From NCBI GenBank assembly GCA_959022495.1, contig CAUEYX010000009.1, positions 27,329-91,328 on the forward strand: DNA of 64,000 nt, given 5' to 3'. The notes beneath the pieces are model-generated. The model saw only the letters and a program-made list of their open reading frames with translations. It made no database searches and was not told where the DNA came from. Shown one piece after another: positions 1 through 8,270 of the stretch (position 1 is its first letter; each line of letters opens with the position of its first letter). The position numbers were made by a program, and so were the translations under genes. This DNA comes from an uncultured Lachnospiraceae bacterium (GTDB taxonomy: Bacteria > Bacillota > Clostridia > Lachnospirales > Lachnospiraceae).

Positions 1-489
1 GACGCTCTTGTTCCACAGGAGGAGCCTGAACCGGGCAAAGCGGACACTTCTGCGCTGGAGGCACTTGTGACGGAAGCTTCCGGCATTGATCCTGACAAGT
101 ACACGGAAGAGAGTGTAACTGTTCTGAATGCGGCGCTCAAAGAAGCCAATGATATTCTGGCAGAAACAGGGCTTACAGAGAAAGACCAGGATCGGATCGA
201 TGCGGCAGCAGAAGCACTTCGCGCGGCCATCGATGGTCTTGTGGAATCCGGCGGAGAGAACCCTGGCGGGGACAAGCCTGGAGAAGACACCCCTGGAGGA
301 AATACTCCTGGTGGAGATTCCCAGACCCCTGGAGGAACTCAGGGCGGCGGACAGGGAACCCAGTCCGGCGGCGGTTCAAAAGTTCCGTCCACAGGAGACG
401 GATGGAGTGTCCAGTTCTGGATCGTGCTTCTGGCTGTTTCCGCGGCAGGTATCTTGAGTGTTGGAAAGAGGCGAAATCACGGAAAGTGA
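1..489 (+). CDS. C-terminal part of a sortase-anchored surface protein (FIVAR-like repeat, Gly/Pro linker, VPSTGD, TM, basic tail); 5' end outside window
   Basis: Frame 1 is open from base 1 and in frame with the 67..489 ORF; KYTEES FIVAR-type repeat; VPSTGD followed by a hydrophobic stretch and KRR. Confidence 0.9.
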   Translation, partial: DALVPQEEPEPGKADTSALEALVTEASGIDPDKYTEESVTVLNAALKEANDILAETGLTEKDQDRIDAAAEALRAAIDGLVESGGENPGGDKPGEDTPGGNTPGGDSQTPGGTQGGGQGTQSGGGSKVPSTGDGWSVQFWIVLLAVSAAGILSVGKRRNHGK

Positions 490-512
490 TTGAGAGACTG
501 ACGATCATTCAG

Positions 513-556
513 CAGGGCCGGATGGGACGGATGGTTTCCGTTTCATCCGTTCCCTG
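513..556 (+). terminator. Intergenic stem-loop (terminator or mRNA-stabilising hairpin)
   Basis: CAGGGCCGGATGGGACGGA-loop-TCCGTTTCATCCGTTCCCTG imperfect inverted repeat; U-tract weak. Confidence 0.55.
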
Positions 557-588
557 GGTTATGTAGACTAGGAAAGGGATAACAAGTT

Positions 589-3500
589 ATGGGATTAAGG
601 AAAAATAGAGGGATCAGAGCTCTTGCTGCTGTGATATCCGCAGCCTTTGTCGTGACCGGCATGCCGGCAGCGGGGATACCGGATGTGCAGGCGGCCGGGA
701 CGGAGCTGACGGGAGACGAGCTGGCGGCCCTGGTGAATCCCGTGGTACAGGAGTATGCAGTTGACCCGCAGGGCGGCAGCTGGACGATGACAGCGGACAG
801 CCGTTTTGCGGTCCTGGCCACCAGTGAGAACGTAGAAAATGAGAGGCTGGCAGAGGTTGTCGCTCTGATCAACTCTGAGTTTGCCGACAAAGAGATCGTG
901 TCCTCTACACCTTCTGCTATGGTATACGCGAATGAAGGGGATGTTTCACCGGCAGATATTCTGATTACGGTTGCCGAGGATGGGACTGTGTGCGAAGAAT
1001 CTGACAGCGGGGAAGCATATAAGATCGAGATCAGTGAAGACGGTGTGAAAGTAACTGGAGCAAGTGAGAACGGAGTTTTATATGCGCTTCGTACGATCCA
1101 GAACTATGTGACCGCAAATAACGGTCTTGCCTATGGTACGATCACGGACTATCCGGATGTGGCAGAGCGTCGGTTACACGTAGACTGCGGAAGAAAATAT
1201 TTTACAAAAGAATGGTTCATCCGCCAGATCCGGGAGATGTCATATATGAAAATGAATACCCTGGAGATGCATTTTTCCGAGAATCTGGGATTTGGCATTG
1301 AGTGTAAGACGGATCCGTCGATCACCTCGGAGAAGTACCTTACCCACGAAGAGGTGAGGGAGATCCTGGCTGAAGCAGAGAAATATGGGATCAAAGTCAT
1401 CCCGTCTTTTGATACTCCGGGACATGTAGATCAGATCCTGAAAGCACATCCTGAGTATGGACAGATTGATAAGGATGGAAATCATTACAAATCCGGGCTG
1501 GATGTAACAAATCCGGAGGCAGTGGCTTATATCAGGAGCCTGTATGACGAGTATATGGAGTTATTTGAGGGATGCACAGACTTCCATATCGGCGGAGATG
1601 AATATATGGAGTTCGACCGTGCGCCGTTCACCACACAATATAAGTCGGTGCTCAATGAATACGCGGTTGAGACGCTCGGCGAGGGCTATATCTGGAAAGA
1701 CGTGATGGCGAACTATATTAATGAGCTTGCCGAGTATGTATATTCAAAAGGATTTAAGCCGCGTGTGTTTAACGACGGACTCTACTATGGAGAGACAGAC
1801 TGGGAAGGCGCCCAGAAGATCGTGATGCACGATTATATCGGCATTGATTACTGGTCAAAAATGTCCTGGAATCCGTCGATTGCCGGGATGCAGACATTTA
1901 TAAATAAAGGGCATCAGGATATTTACAATTTTAACTCAACCTATTTCTATTATGTACTGCGAAATGATAAGCCGACAGATGGACGAGAGCAGCATTCCTT
2001 TGATTACATTGATCAGGACAGAAGAATTTTCGAAGAATGGACACCCGGAAAATTTGCGGCCTACACAGCGCCTGATGATGCACCCTATATTGCCGGGGCT
2101 TCAATGGGTATCTGGTGTGATAACCCGAATATCGTGACCGAGGATGTGATAGCGGAGGATGTAGCGGATGAGATGCGCTCTCTGGCCACAAAATCCTGGA
2201 ATGTAGACAGTAATGATACCATGGATTTTGAAGAATTCAAGGAAAAATATACGGTTCTCGGCCATGTGGCAGGGTATGAAAAGGGATCGGAACTTCCGGA
2301 CGCGGGAGAATTCCAAAATGCGGAAAGTCTTGGAAAGGTGACACTGCGCTACGTCAGTGACACTGGTAAAGTACTGAAAAACGATGTTGTAAAATATGGA
2401 AATGTGGGGCAGGAGTACAGCTTTGAAGCGGAAGAGATCTACGGATACCGCCTGATTTCAGACAGCACAGTTTCAGGCAGTTATTTATCTGAAGGAGAAA
2501 CCTATGAGTTTATCTATACTCTGGACTGTGATAAATCCGAGCTCGAGCAGGAGCTGGCGGACAGGCTGAATGATGCGGACTACATTGCAGAAACATTTAC
2601 AGCATATCAGGAGGCATATGCGGCGGCAGAGGAAGTGAACGGACGTGTGGACAGCGAGCAGACAGAAGTCGATGAAGCGCTGGCAGATCTTCAGGAAGCA
2701 AAAGGTCAGGCCGTGTTCCTTGTGAATTATCCGCTTTACGTAGAGACGCAGTATCCGCTCAGTGATATCGGTTATGCGTCCGGGTATAGTGAATACAAAG
2801 CTGCTGTTGAGGAAGCGAAGGATGTCCTGTATGCCCAGGGAGATGACCAGGAGGCAGTTAAGAGCGCGCTGGCAGCGATTGAGGAAGCTAAAAGCGGACT
2901 TAGGAAGCCTGATCCGGGGACACCGGAGGTATCGGCGGATGACGCATATTATACCACGTATTCCTACGATAAAATGCTGGACGGGAATGAGGCTACAAAG
3001 TGCTGGTTCAAGATTGACCAGACAGCGGGACATCAGTTTACATTTGTGTTCCCTGTGGCAGTGAATATGTCCCAGGTCAGGATTGTCCAGGCGGCAGACG
3101 CGGGCGCAGACTATATTGAGGGCGCCCAGGTGCAGATCTCAACGGACCAGAACAGCTGGCAGACAGTGGGGCTGATTGACCCGGAGAGCCAGGATACAAC
3201 GTTCTCCTTTGAGGCAGCTCCTGTAAGATATGTGCGTGTGATGCTGACTGAGACCAAGAAAAACTGGTATCAGATTGCAGAAGTGTATTTTACTTATGAA
3301 GAGATCCCTGAGGATACATCTATGCGCGACCTGATCAGTGAGGCAGAAGCAGTGGACATCAGCGGAAAGGATGCCGGACTTGTGAACACAATGATCAGCG
3401 CGCTCATCGATGCTCAGAAACTGTATGCCGCGGGAAGCCAGGATACAGAGAGCGCAATGGCGGCTCTGAGAGAAGCGATTGACGCCGTGAAAAATTATGT

Positions 3501-3972
3501 GCCTGAGGCGGACAAGAGCGGACTGCTCGACGCGATCGCTGAGGCTGAGAAGATTGATCAGAGTCTGTATACAGAAGAAAGTGTGCAGGCATTGAAGGAG
3601 AAGCTTGAAGCGGCAGAGGCTGTGGCGGATCTGTATCTGACAGAGGCTGAGCAGGAGAGAGTGGACACTGCGGAGGCAGAGCTTCGGCAGGCAGTCGCTG
3701 CTCTTGTACTGAAGCCGGAAGATAAACCGGGTGAAGGTGACAAACCGGAAGATAAGCCGCCGGTGGAAGATCCGGGTGAAGACACACCTCCTGCAGGTGA
3801 TCCGGGAACAGAAAAACCGTCAGGCAGTACTTCTGCGTCAGGCGCAGAGAACTTGACAGGGCAGACGCCAAAGACCGGAGATTATGAGAGCTTATCCATG
3901 TGGGGAGCTGTTATGATTCTTGCGGCAGGCGCAGTTGCAGCTGTTCTTCGAAAGAAAAAAGAAATAAAGTAA
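589..3972 (+). CDS. Cell-wall-anchored GH20 beta-N-acetylhexosaminidase / lacto-N-biosidase-like enzyme with MucBP-like, FIVAR and F5/8 (CBM32-like) domains
   Basis: Signal peptide; LHVDCGRKYF, DTPGH and catalytic HIGGDEY motifs; VTLRYV..G..L MucBP-like segment; discoidin-like DKMLDGN...RYVRV; TPKTGD anchor. Confidence 0.9.
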   Translation: MGLRKNRGIRALAAVISAAFVVTGMPAAGIPDVQAAGTELTGDELAALVNPVVQEYAVDPQGGSWTMTADSRFAVLATSENVENERLAEVVALINSEFADKEIVSSTPSAMVYANEGDVSPADILITVAEDGTVCEESDSGEAYKIEISEDGVKVTGASENGVLYALRTIQNYVTANNGLAYGTITDYPDVAERRLHVDCGRKYFTKEWFIRQIREMSYMKMNTLEMHFSENLGFGIECKTDPSITSEKYLTHEEVREILAEAEKYGIKVIPSFDTPGHVDQILKAHPEYGQIDKDGNHYKSGLDVTNPEAVAYIRSLYDEYMELFEGCTDFHIGGDEYMEFDRAPFTTQYKSVLNEYAVETLGEGYIWKDVMANYINELAEYVYSKGFKPRVFNDGLYYGETDWEGAQKIVMHDYIGIDYWSKMSWNPSIAGMQTFINKGHQDIYNFNSTYFYYVLRNDKPTDGREQHSFDYIDQDRRIFEEWTPGKFAAYTAPDDAPYIAGASMGIWCDNPNIVTEDVIAEDVADEMRSLATKSWNVDSNDTMDFEEFKEKYTVLGHVAGYEKGSELPDAGEFQNAESLGKVTLRYVSDTGKVLKNDVVKYGNVGQEYSFEAEEIYGYRLISDSTVSGSYLSEGETYEFIYTLDCDKSELEQELADRLNDADYIAETFTAYQEAYAAAEEVNGRVDSEQTEVDEALADLQEAKGQAVFLVNYPLYVETQYPLSDIGYASGYSEYKAAVEEAKDVLYAQGDDQEAVKSALAAIEEAKSGLRKPDPGTPEVSADDAYYTTYSYDKMLDGNEATKCWFKIDQTAGHQFTFVFPVAVNMSQVRIVQAADAGADYIEGAQVQISTDQNSWQTVGLIDPESQDTTFSFEAAPVRYVRVMLTETKKNWYQIAEVYFTYEEIPEDTSMRDLISEAEAVDISGKDAGLVNTMISALIDAQKLYAAGSQDTESAMAALREAIDAVKNYVPEADKSGLLDAIAEAEKIDQSLYTEESVQALKEKLEAAEAVADLYLTEAEQERVDTAEAELRQAVAALVLKPEDKPGEGDKPEDKPPVEDPGEDTPPAGDPGTEKPSGSTSASGAENLTGQTPKTGDYESLSMWGAVMILAAGAVAAVLRKKKEIK

Positions 3973-3984
3973 AATGCATATAAG

Positions 3985-4027
3985 AAAAGCGTCCCTTTTG
4001 TCATCTGATGACAGCGGGGGCGCTTTT
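3985..4027. terminator. Bidirectional rho-independent terminator between convergent genes
   Basis: AAAAGCGTCCC..TGTCATC-TGATGACA..GGGGGCGCTTTT with A and T tracts on the two sides. Confidence 0.8.
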
Positions 4028-4050
4028 ACTGTGCTTTTGGCGGCGTGCGC

Positions 4051-4410
4051 TTATTTGATATGCCGCTTGATCGCTTCAAAGCTTTCAGAACTAATCACGT
4101 GTTCGATTCGGCATGCATCGTCGGCAGCAGTTTTCGCGTCAACGCCCAGACGTTCCAGCCAGGAAGAGAGAAGTGTATGACGCTCATAGATCCGGTCCGC
4201 GATCTCTTTTCCCGAAGGAGTGAGGGTGATATATCCTTCCGGAGAAACGATAATATGTTCGTTTTCCCGCAGCTTTTTCATAGCCACACTCACACTTGAT
4301 TTCTTAAAATTTAGTTCTGTCGCAATATCCACGGAACGTACGACCGGAAGCTTCTGGCTTAAGACCAGGATCGTTTCCAGATAGTTTTCAGCAGATTCGT
4401 TTGTATGCAT
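4051..4410 (-). CDS. mntR: DtxR/MntR-family metal-dependent repressor
   Basis: ESAENYLE, RSVDIA, ERH..L and DACRIEH motifs; start moved to ATG 4410, which has a GAGGTG RBS. Confidence 0.9.
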   Translation of the reverse strand: MHTNESAENYLETILVLSQKLPVVRSVDIATELNFKKSSVSVAMKKLRENEHIIVSPEGYITLTPSGKEIADRIYERHTLLSSWLERLGVDAKTAADDACRIEHVISSESFEAIKRHIK

Positions 4411-4570
4411 GATGTCCACCTCGCTCGTATCATTCAAAGTTTATCGCTCTCTGTAAAAAGAGGGCCGTATTTTTAACAAGTATAACATAACCGGATTTTA
4501 AGGGCAAATCCGATTTCTATAAAAGCATGAAAAACATCATAAAAATCGGAAAATTTTGTTAGCAAAAGGA

Positions 4571-4599
4571 TTGACAAATATAAAATGTTAGTTTAAACT
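4571..4599 (+). promoter_or_regulatory. Sigma-70/A promoter of the feo cluster
   Basis: TTGACA (4571-4576), 17 nt spacer, TAAACT (4594-4599). Confidence 0.8.
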
Positions 4600-4602
4600 A
4601 TC
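4587..4602. promoter_or_regulatory. Palindromic operator GTTAGTTTAAACTATC overlapping the -10 (candidate MntR/DtxR box)
   Basis: TAGTTT/AAACTA dyad; related copy at 4944-4959. Confidence 0.65.
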
Positions 4603-4683
4603 TTCTGTTAGAAGGTGAAATATAAACGGACCAGATTTCAACGGACGGTTATAAAATGATATTTTTGAGAGGATAGAGGCAGT

Positions 4684-4896
4684 ATGAATTTACTGGAAGC
4701 CAAGGAAGGCGAAGAGTATTGTATAAAAGATATCGTGACAGATGATGAAGAACTGGAGGCTTTTTTATTTTCTCTGGGATGTTACAGCGGTGAACCGATC
4801 ACTGTGGTTTCGCGTGTAAGGGGCGGCTGCGTGGTCTCGATCAAGGATGGCAGATATAATATTGATACTGATTTAGCGAAAGCTATTTCAATATAA
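4684..4896 (+). CDS. feoA: Ferrous iron transport protein A
   Basis: 70 aa SH3-like FeoA pattern (FLFSLGC..GE.ITVVS...LAKAI); immediately upstream of feoB. Confidence 0.9.
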   Translation: MNLLEAKEGEEYCIKDIVTDDEELEAFLFSLGCYSGEPITVVSRVRGGCVVSIKDGRYNIDTDLAKAISI

Positions 4897-4904
4897 AATA
4901 AAAG

Positions 4905-4935
4905 AAAAGTAGTAATTCAGGTTACTATTTTTTTT
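4905..4935 (+). terminator. Hairpin plus U-tract between feoA and feoB
   Basis: AAAAGTAGTAA-TTCAGG-TTACTATTTTTTTT; AT-rich stem. Confidence 0.45.
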
Positions 4936-4943
4936 ACACAAAG

Positions 4944-4959
4944 GTTAGTTGACACTAAT
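4944..4959. promoter_or_regulatory. Second candidate metal-regulator box GTTAGTTGACACTAAT upstream of the feoB RBS
   Basis: TTAGT/ACTAA dyad with the same geometry as 4587-4602. Confidence 0.6.
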
Positions 4960-4984
4960 TGCAATGAAGGAGGAGATTTGTAAA

Positions 4985-6985
4985 ATGAGAATTGCTTTTG
5001 CGGGGAACCCGAACAGCGGCAAGACCACCATGTATAACGCGCTGACAGGAAGGAACGAGCGCGTGGGAAACTGGGCCGGTGTTACGGTAGAGCGGAAGGA
5101 GAGCCTGATCAAGAAGGCTTATTACAGCGGAGCGGAGGAACTGACTGCAGTGGACCTCCCGGGCGCTTATTCGATGTCTCCATTTACTTCTGAGGAGAGC
5201 ATCACAAGCAGTTATGTAAAAAATGAGCATCCCGATGCAATTATCAATATTGTAGATGCGACAAACTTAAGTCGAAGCCTGTTTTTTACAACGCAGCTCC
5301 TTGAGCTGGGCGTTCCGGTAGTGGTTGCCTTGAATAAGAGTGATATTACGGATAAAAAGCAGACGAAAATCGATGAAAAACTGCTGTCAGAGAAATTAGG
5401 CTGTCCCGTTGTCAGGACCATCTCCACTTCCTCGGGACACGAGGGGCTGAAAGAGGCTGTCACTCAGGCTGCTTCCTTAAAAGGGAGAGGACAGAAAGCT
5501 CCATACGTCCAGGATGATATCGATCTGAAGGACAAAAAGGCAGTGGAGGCTGCGGACAGGAAACGTTTTGAGTTTGTAAATAGTATTGTTAAGCAGGTAG
5601 AGAAGAGGAAGGTCTTTACAAAAGATAAAAATATACAGGACAAGATTGACGCGGTCATTACACATAAAATCATCGGTATACCGATTTTCGTGGGCGTAAT
5701 TTTCCTTGTGTTTTACATATCACAGACCACGCTCGGCACATGGATCGCGGACTGGCTGGTTGCTCAGATCGAGACCTTCCAGGCCTGGGTCGGCGGACTG
5801 ATGGAAAACGCGAATCCCCTGCTCTACGCACTCCTTGTAGACGGCATCATCGGCGGCGTGGGAGCGGTTGTCGGTTTCCTTCCGCTGGTAATGGTGATGT
5901 ACTTCCTTATTGCTCTTTTGGAAGACTGCGGTTATATGGCGCGCGCGACAGTGGTTCTTGATCCAATCTTTAAGAGAGTGGGTCTTTCCGGTAAATCTGT
6001 TATTCCGATGGTGATCGGTACCGGATGCGCGATTCCGGGTGTCATGGCCTGCCGTACGATCCGCAATGAGCGGGAGCGCAGAACCACCGCGATGCTGACT
6101 CCGTTTATGCCGTGTGGAGCAAAGATCCCGGTGATCGCTCTGTTTGCCGGAGCGTTTTTTGCCGACGCATGGTGGGTGTCTGCTACAATGTACCTGGTGG
6201 GGATTGTGCTTGTTCTTCTGGGAGCGCTGCTCGTAAAGAGAATTACAGGTCAGAAATACCGTAAGTCATTCTTTATCATTGAGCTTCCGGAATACAAACT
6301 GCCAAGCTTGAAGAGAGCGTGCGTATCCATGCTGGAGAGAGGAAAGGCTTATATTATTAAAGCCGGAACAATCATTCTGGTGTGCAACACAGTTGTCCAG
6401 ATTATGCAGACATTCAACTGGCAGTTCCAGCTGGTGGAAGAAGGCGCGGAGAGTACTTCGATTCTTGCCAGCATTGCACATCCGTTCGCAATTCTGTTTA
6501 TCCCGCTTGGATTTGGGGTATGGCAGCTTGCGGCGGCAGCCATTACAGGCTTTATCGCAAAGGAAAATGTAGTTGGTACTTTGGCAGTTGTTTACGGTGT
6601 TACCAACCTGATCGATACAGATGAGCTGGCCTTGGTTGGCAGCGGAAATGAAGTGGCTGCGGTTATGGCCCTCACGAAAGCAGCAGCTCTGGCTTACCTG
6701 ATGTTTAACCTGTATACTCCGCCGTGTTTCGCGGCGCTGGGAGCTATGAACTCTGAGATGAAGAGTGGAAAATGGCTTCTTGGCGGTATCTGCCTCCAGC
6801 TTGCGACAGGTTATACGGTGGCATTCTTTGTATACCAGATCGGCACTCTGATTACGACGGGTGCGCTTGGAACAGCATTTGTTCCGGGACTAATTGCTGT
6901 GCTTGTATTTGTGGCAGTTGTTATATGGAGAATCCGTAAGTCGGATAGAGAATTTGCGGCAGAATATAGTCTGCATGCACAATAA
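4985..6985 (+). CDS. feoB: Ferrous iron transport protein B (GTPase plus membrane domain)
   Basis: GNPNSGKT, GNW.GVT, DLPG, NKxD G-motifs; LEDCGYMAR, PFMPC, YTPPC; ATG 4985 after AGGAGG. Confidence 0.97.
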   Translation: MRIAFAGNPNSGKTTMYNALTGRNERVGNWAGVTVERKESLIKKAYYSGAEELTAVDLPGAYSMSPFTSEESITSSYVKNEHPDAIINIVDATNLSRSLFFTTQLLELGVPVVVALNKSDITDKKQTKIDEKLLSEKLGCPVVRTISTSSGHEGLKEAVTQAASLKGRGQKAPYVQDDIDLKDKKAVEAADRKRFEFVNSIVKQVEKRKVFTKDKNIQDKIDAVITHKIIGIPIFVGVIFLVFYISQTTLGTWIADWLVAQIETFQAWVGGLMENANPLLYALLVDGIIGGVGAVVGFLPLVMVMYFLIALLEDCGYMARATVVLDPIFKRVGLSGKSVIPMVIGTGCAIPGVMACRTIRNERERRTTAMLTPFMPCGAKIPVIALFAGAFFADAWWVSATMYLVGIVLVLLGALLVKRITGQKYRKSFFIIELPEYKLPSLKRACVSMLERGKAYIIKAGTIILVCNTVVQIMQTFNWQFQLVEEGAESTSILASIAHPFAILFIPLGFGVWQLAAAAITGFIAKENVVGTLAVVYGVTNLIDTDELALVGSGNEVAAVMALTKAAALAYLMFNLYTPPCFAALGAMNSEMKSGKWLLGGICLQLATGYTVAFFVYQIGTLITTGALGTAFVPGLIAVLVFVAVVIWRIRKSDREFAAEYSLHAQ

Positions 6986-6998
6986 TAAGTAGAACGGT

Positions 6999-7035
6999 CA
7001 GCGGTGGACAGAGAGGGAGCTTTGTCCGCCGTTTG
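6999..7035 (+). terminator. Intergenic stem-loop after feoB
   Basis: CAGCGGTGGACAGAG...CTTTGTCCGCCGTTTG. Confidence 0.55.
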
Positions 7036-7090
7036 GCGTTCTATCTGAGACAGAAACTGAGATTATGTTTTTTAAGAAAGGATGCTTTTT

Positions 7091-7465
7091 ATGGCAGATT
7101 TTGTTGCGGCTGTCATTCTGCTGATCCTGGTTGGAGGAGCGGCGGCATATATTGTAAAAGCTAAGAAAAGCGGGGTGAAGTGTATCGGCTGTCCCGCCGG
7201 CGGAAGCTGTCCCGGCAGCGGGAAACTGCCCAGAAAAAAACTGGATGCTCCGGTGATTGGCACGAAAATCATTAAAATCTCGGGCATGCACTGCCAGAAC
7301 TGTGTTAATAGTGTGACGAATGCGCTGAATGCTGTTGACGGCGTTTCTGCAAAAGTGAGCCTGAGCAGCGGCAGCGCTGAGGTCTCGTATGACCGAACAG
7401 TGGATGAACTTGAATTGAGACGTGCCGTGGAGGAAGCGGGATTCGAGGCAATCAGTATTTTATAG
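7091..7465 (+). CDS. FeoB-associated Cys-rich membrane protein fused to an HMA (CopZ-like) domain
   Basis: N-terminal TM, KCIGCPAGGSC, then GMHCQNC HMA motif and VEEAGF end; start may be 7082 or 7091. Confidence 0.85.
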   Translation: MADFVAAVILLILVGGAAAYIVKAKKSGVKCIGCPAGGSCPGSGKLPRKKLDAPVIGTKIIKISGMHCQNCVNSVTNALNAVDGVSAKVSLSSGSAEVSYDRTVDELELRRAVEEAGFEAISIL

Positions 7466-7481
7466 GAGCTGGGAGGCTGTT

Positions 7482-7883
7482 GTGAGCAAGAAAGAACAGA
7501 TCATTGAAAAATTAAAAGAGAATGGCTGCCGCGTCACGAAACAGCGCCTCATGCTGATAGATATCATTTTGGAAAATGACTGCTCAAGCTGCAAGGAGAT
7601 TTACTACAAGGCCGCGAAGTACGATGAAAAGATCGGGGTGGCGACTGTATACCGGATGATTAACGCTCTGGAGGAGATCGGGGCGATCAGCCGAAAGAAT
7701 ATGTATAAAGTAGAGTACTGTGAAGAATGTATGGCAGAGCGGGAAGGGTGCAGAATCGTTCTGGATGATAATACAACCTGCCATTTGTCGCCGGGAAACT
7801 GGAATAAGGTGGTACGTGAAGGGATGCGGCGCTGCGGCTATTTAAAAGATCAGAAGATTATGGATATACAGATTAAAAAATAG
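7482..7883 (+). CDS. Fur-family-like transcriptional regulator with atypical C-terminus
   Basis: LKENGCRVTKQR..I and IGVATVYRMINALEEIG winged helix; GTG 7482 after GGGAGG. Confidence 0.8.
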   Translation: MSKKEQIIEKLKENGCRVTKQRLMLIDIILENDCSSCKEIYYKAAKYDEKIGVATVYRMINALEEIGAISRKNMYKVEYCEECMAEREGCRIVLDDNTTCHLSPGNWNKVVREGMRRCGYLKDQKIMDIQIKK

Positions 7884-7955
7884 GATTGCTATGATGTGAC
7901 CATAAACAGATGTTTTACATATTATTAACAAAGGAAGTATTAGGAGGTACTTATT

Positions 7956-8264
7956 ATGTTAAGTGTTTCAACAATGAAGAAGATCGGGCTGTTTGCAGGC
8001 GGCGTTCTGTTTGGCACAGCCGGTGTGAAGGTCCTTTCCAGCAGGGATGCCAAGAAGGTATATACAAACTGCACGGCGGCGGCCTTGAGGGCAAAAGATT
8101 GTGTTATGAAGGCTGCTTCCACAGTGCAGGAAAACGCGGAGGACATTCTGGCGGAAGCTCAGCAGATCAATGAGCAGAGGGCAGCGGAGGAAGCCGCTCA
8201 GATTCAGGAAGATGCAGAGGCAGCGGATACAGGTGCAGATACTTCCAATGAAGAGAATGTATAA
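7956..8264 (+). CDS. Small membrane-anchored protein of the kind found before P1B ATPases (DUF6110-like)
   Basis: GLFAGGVLFGTAGVKVL hydrophobic N-terminus, AAALRAKD, acidic coiled-coil tail; AGGAGG RBS. Confidence 0.75.
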   Translation: MLSVSTMKKIGLFAGGVLFGTAGVKVLSSRDAKKVYTNCTAAALRAKDCVMKAASTVQENAEDILAEAQQINEQRAAEEAAQIQEDAEAADTGADTSNEENV

Positions 8265-8270
8265 CAGGCT

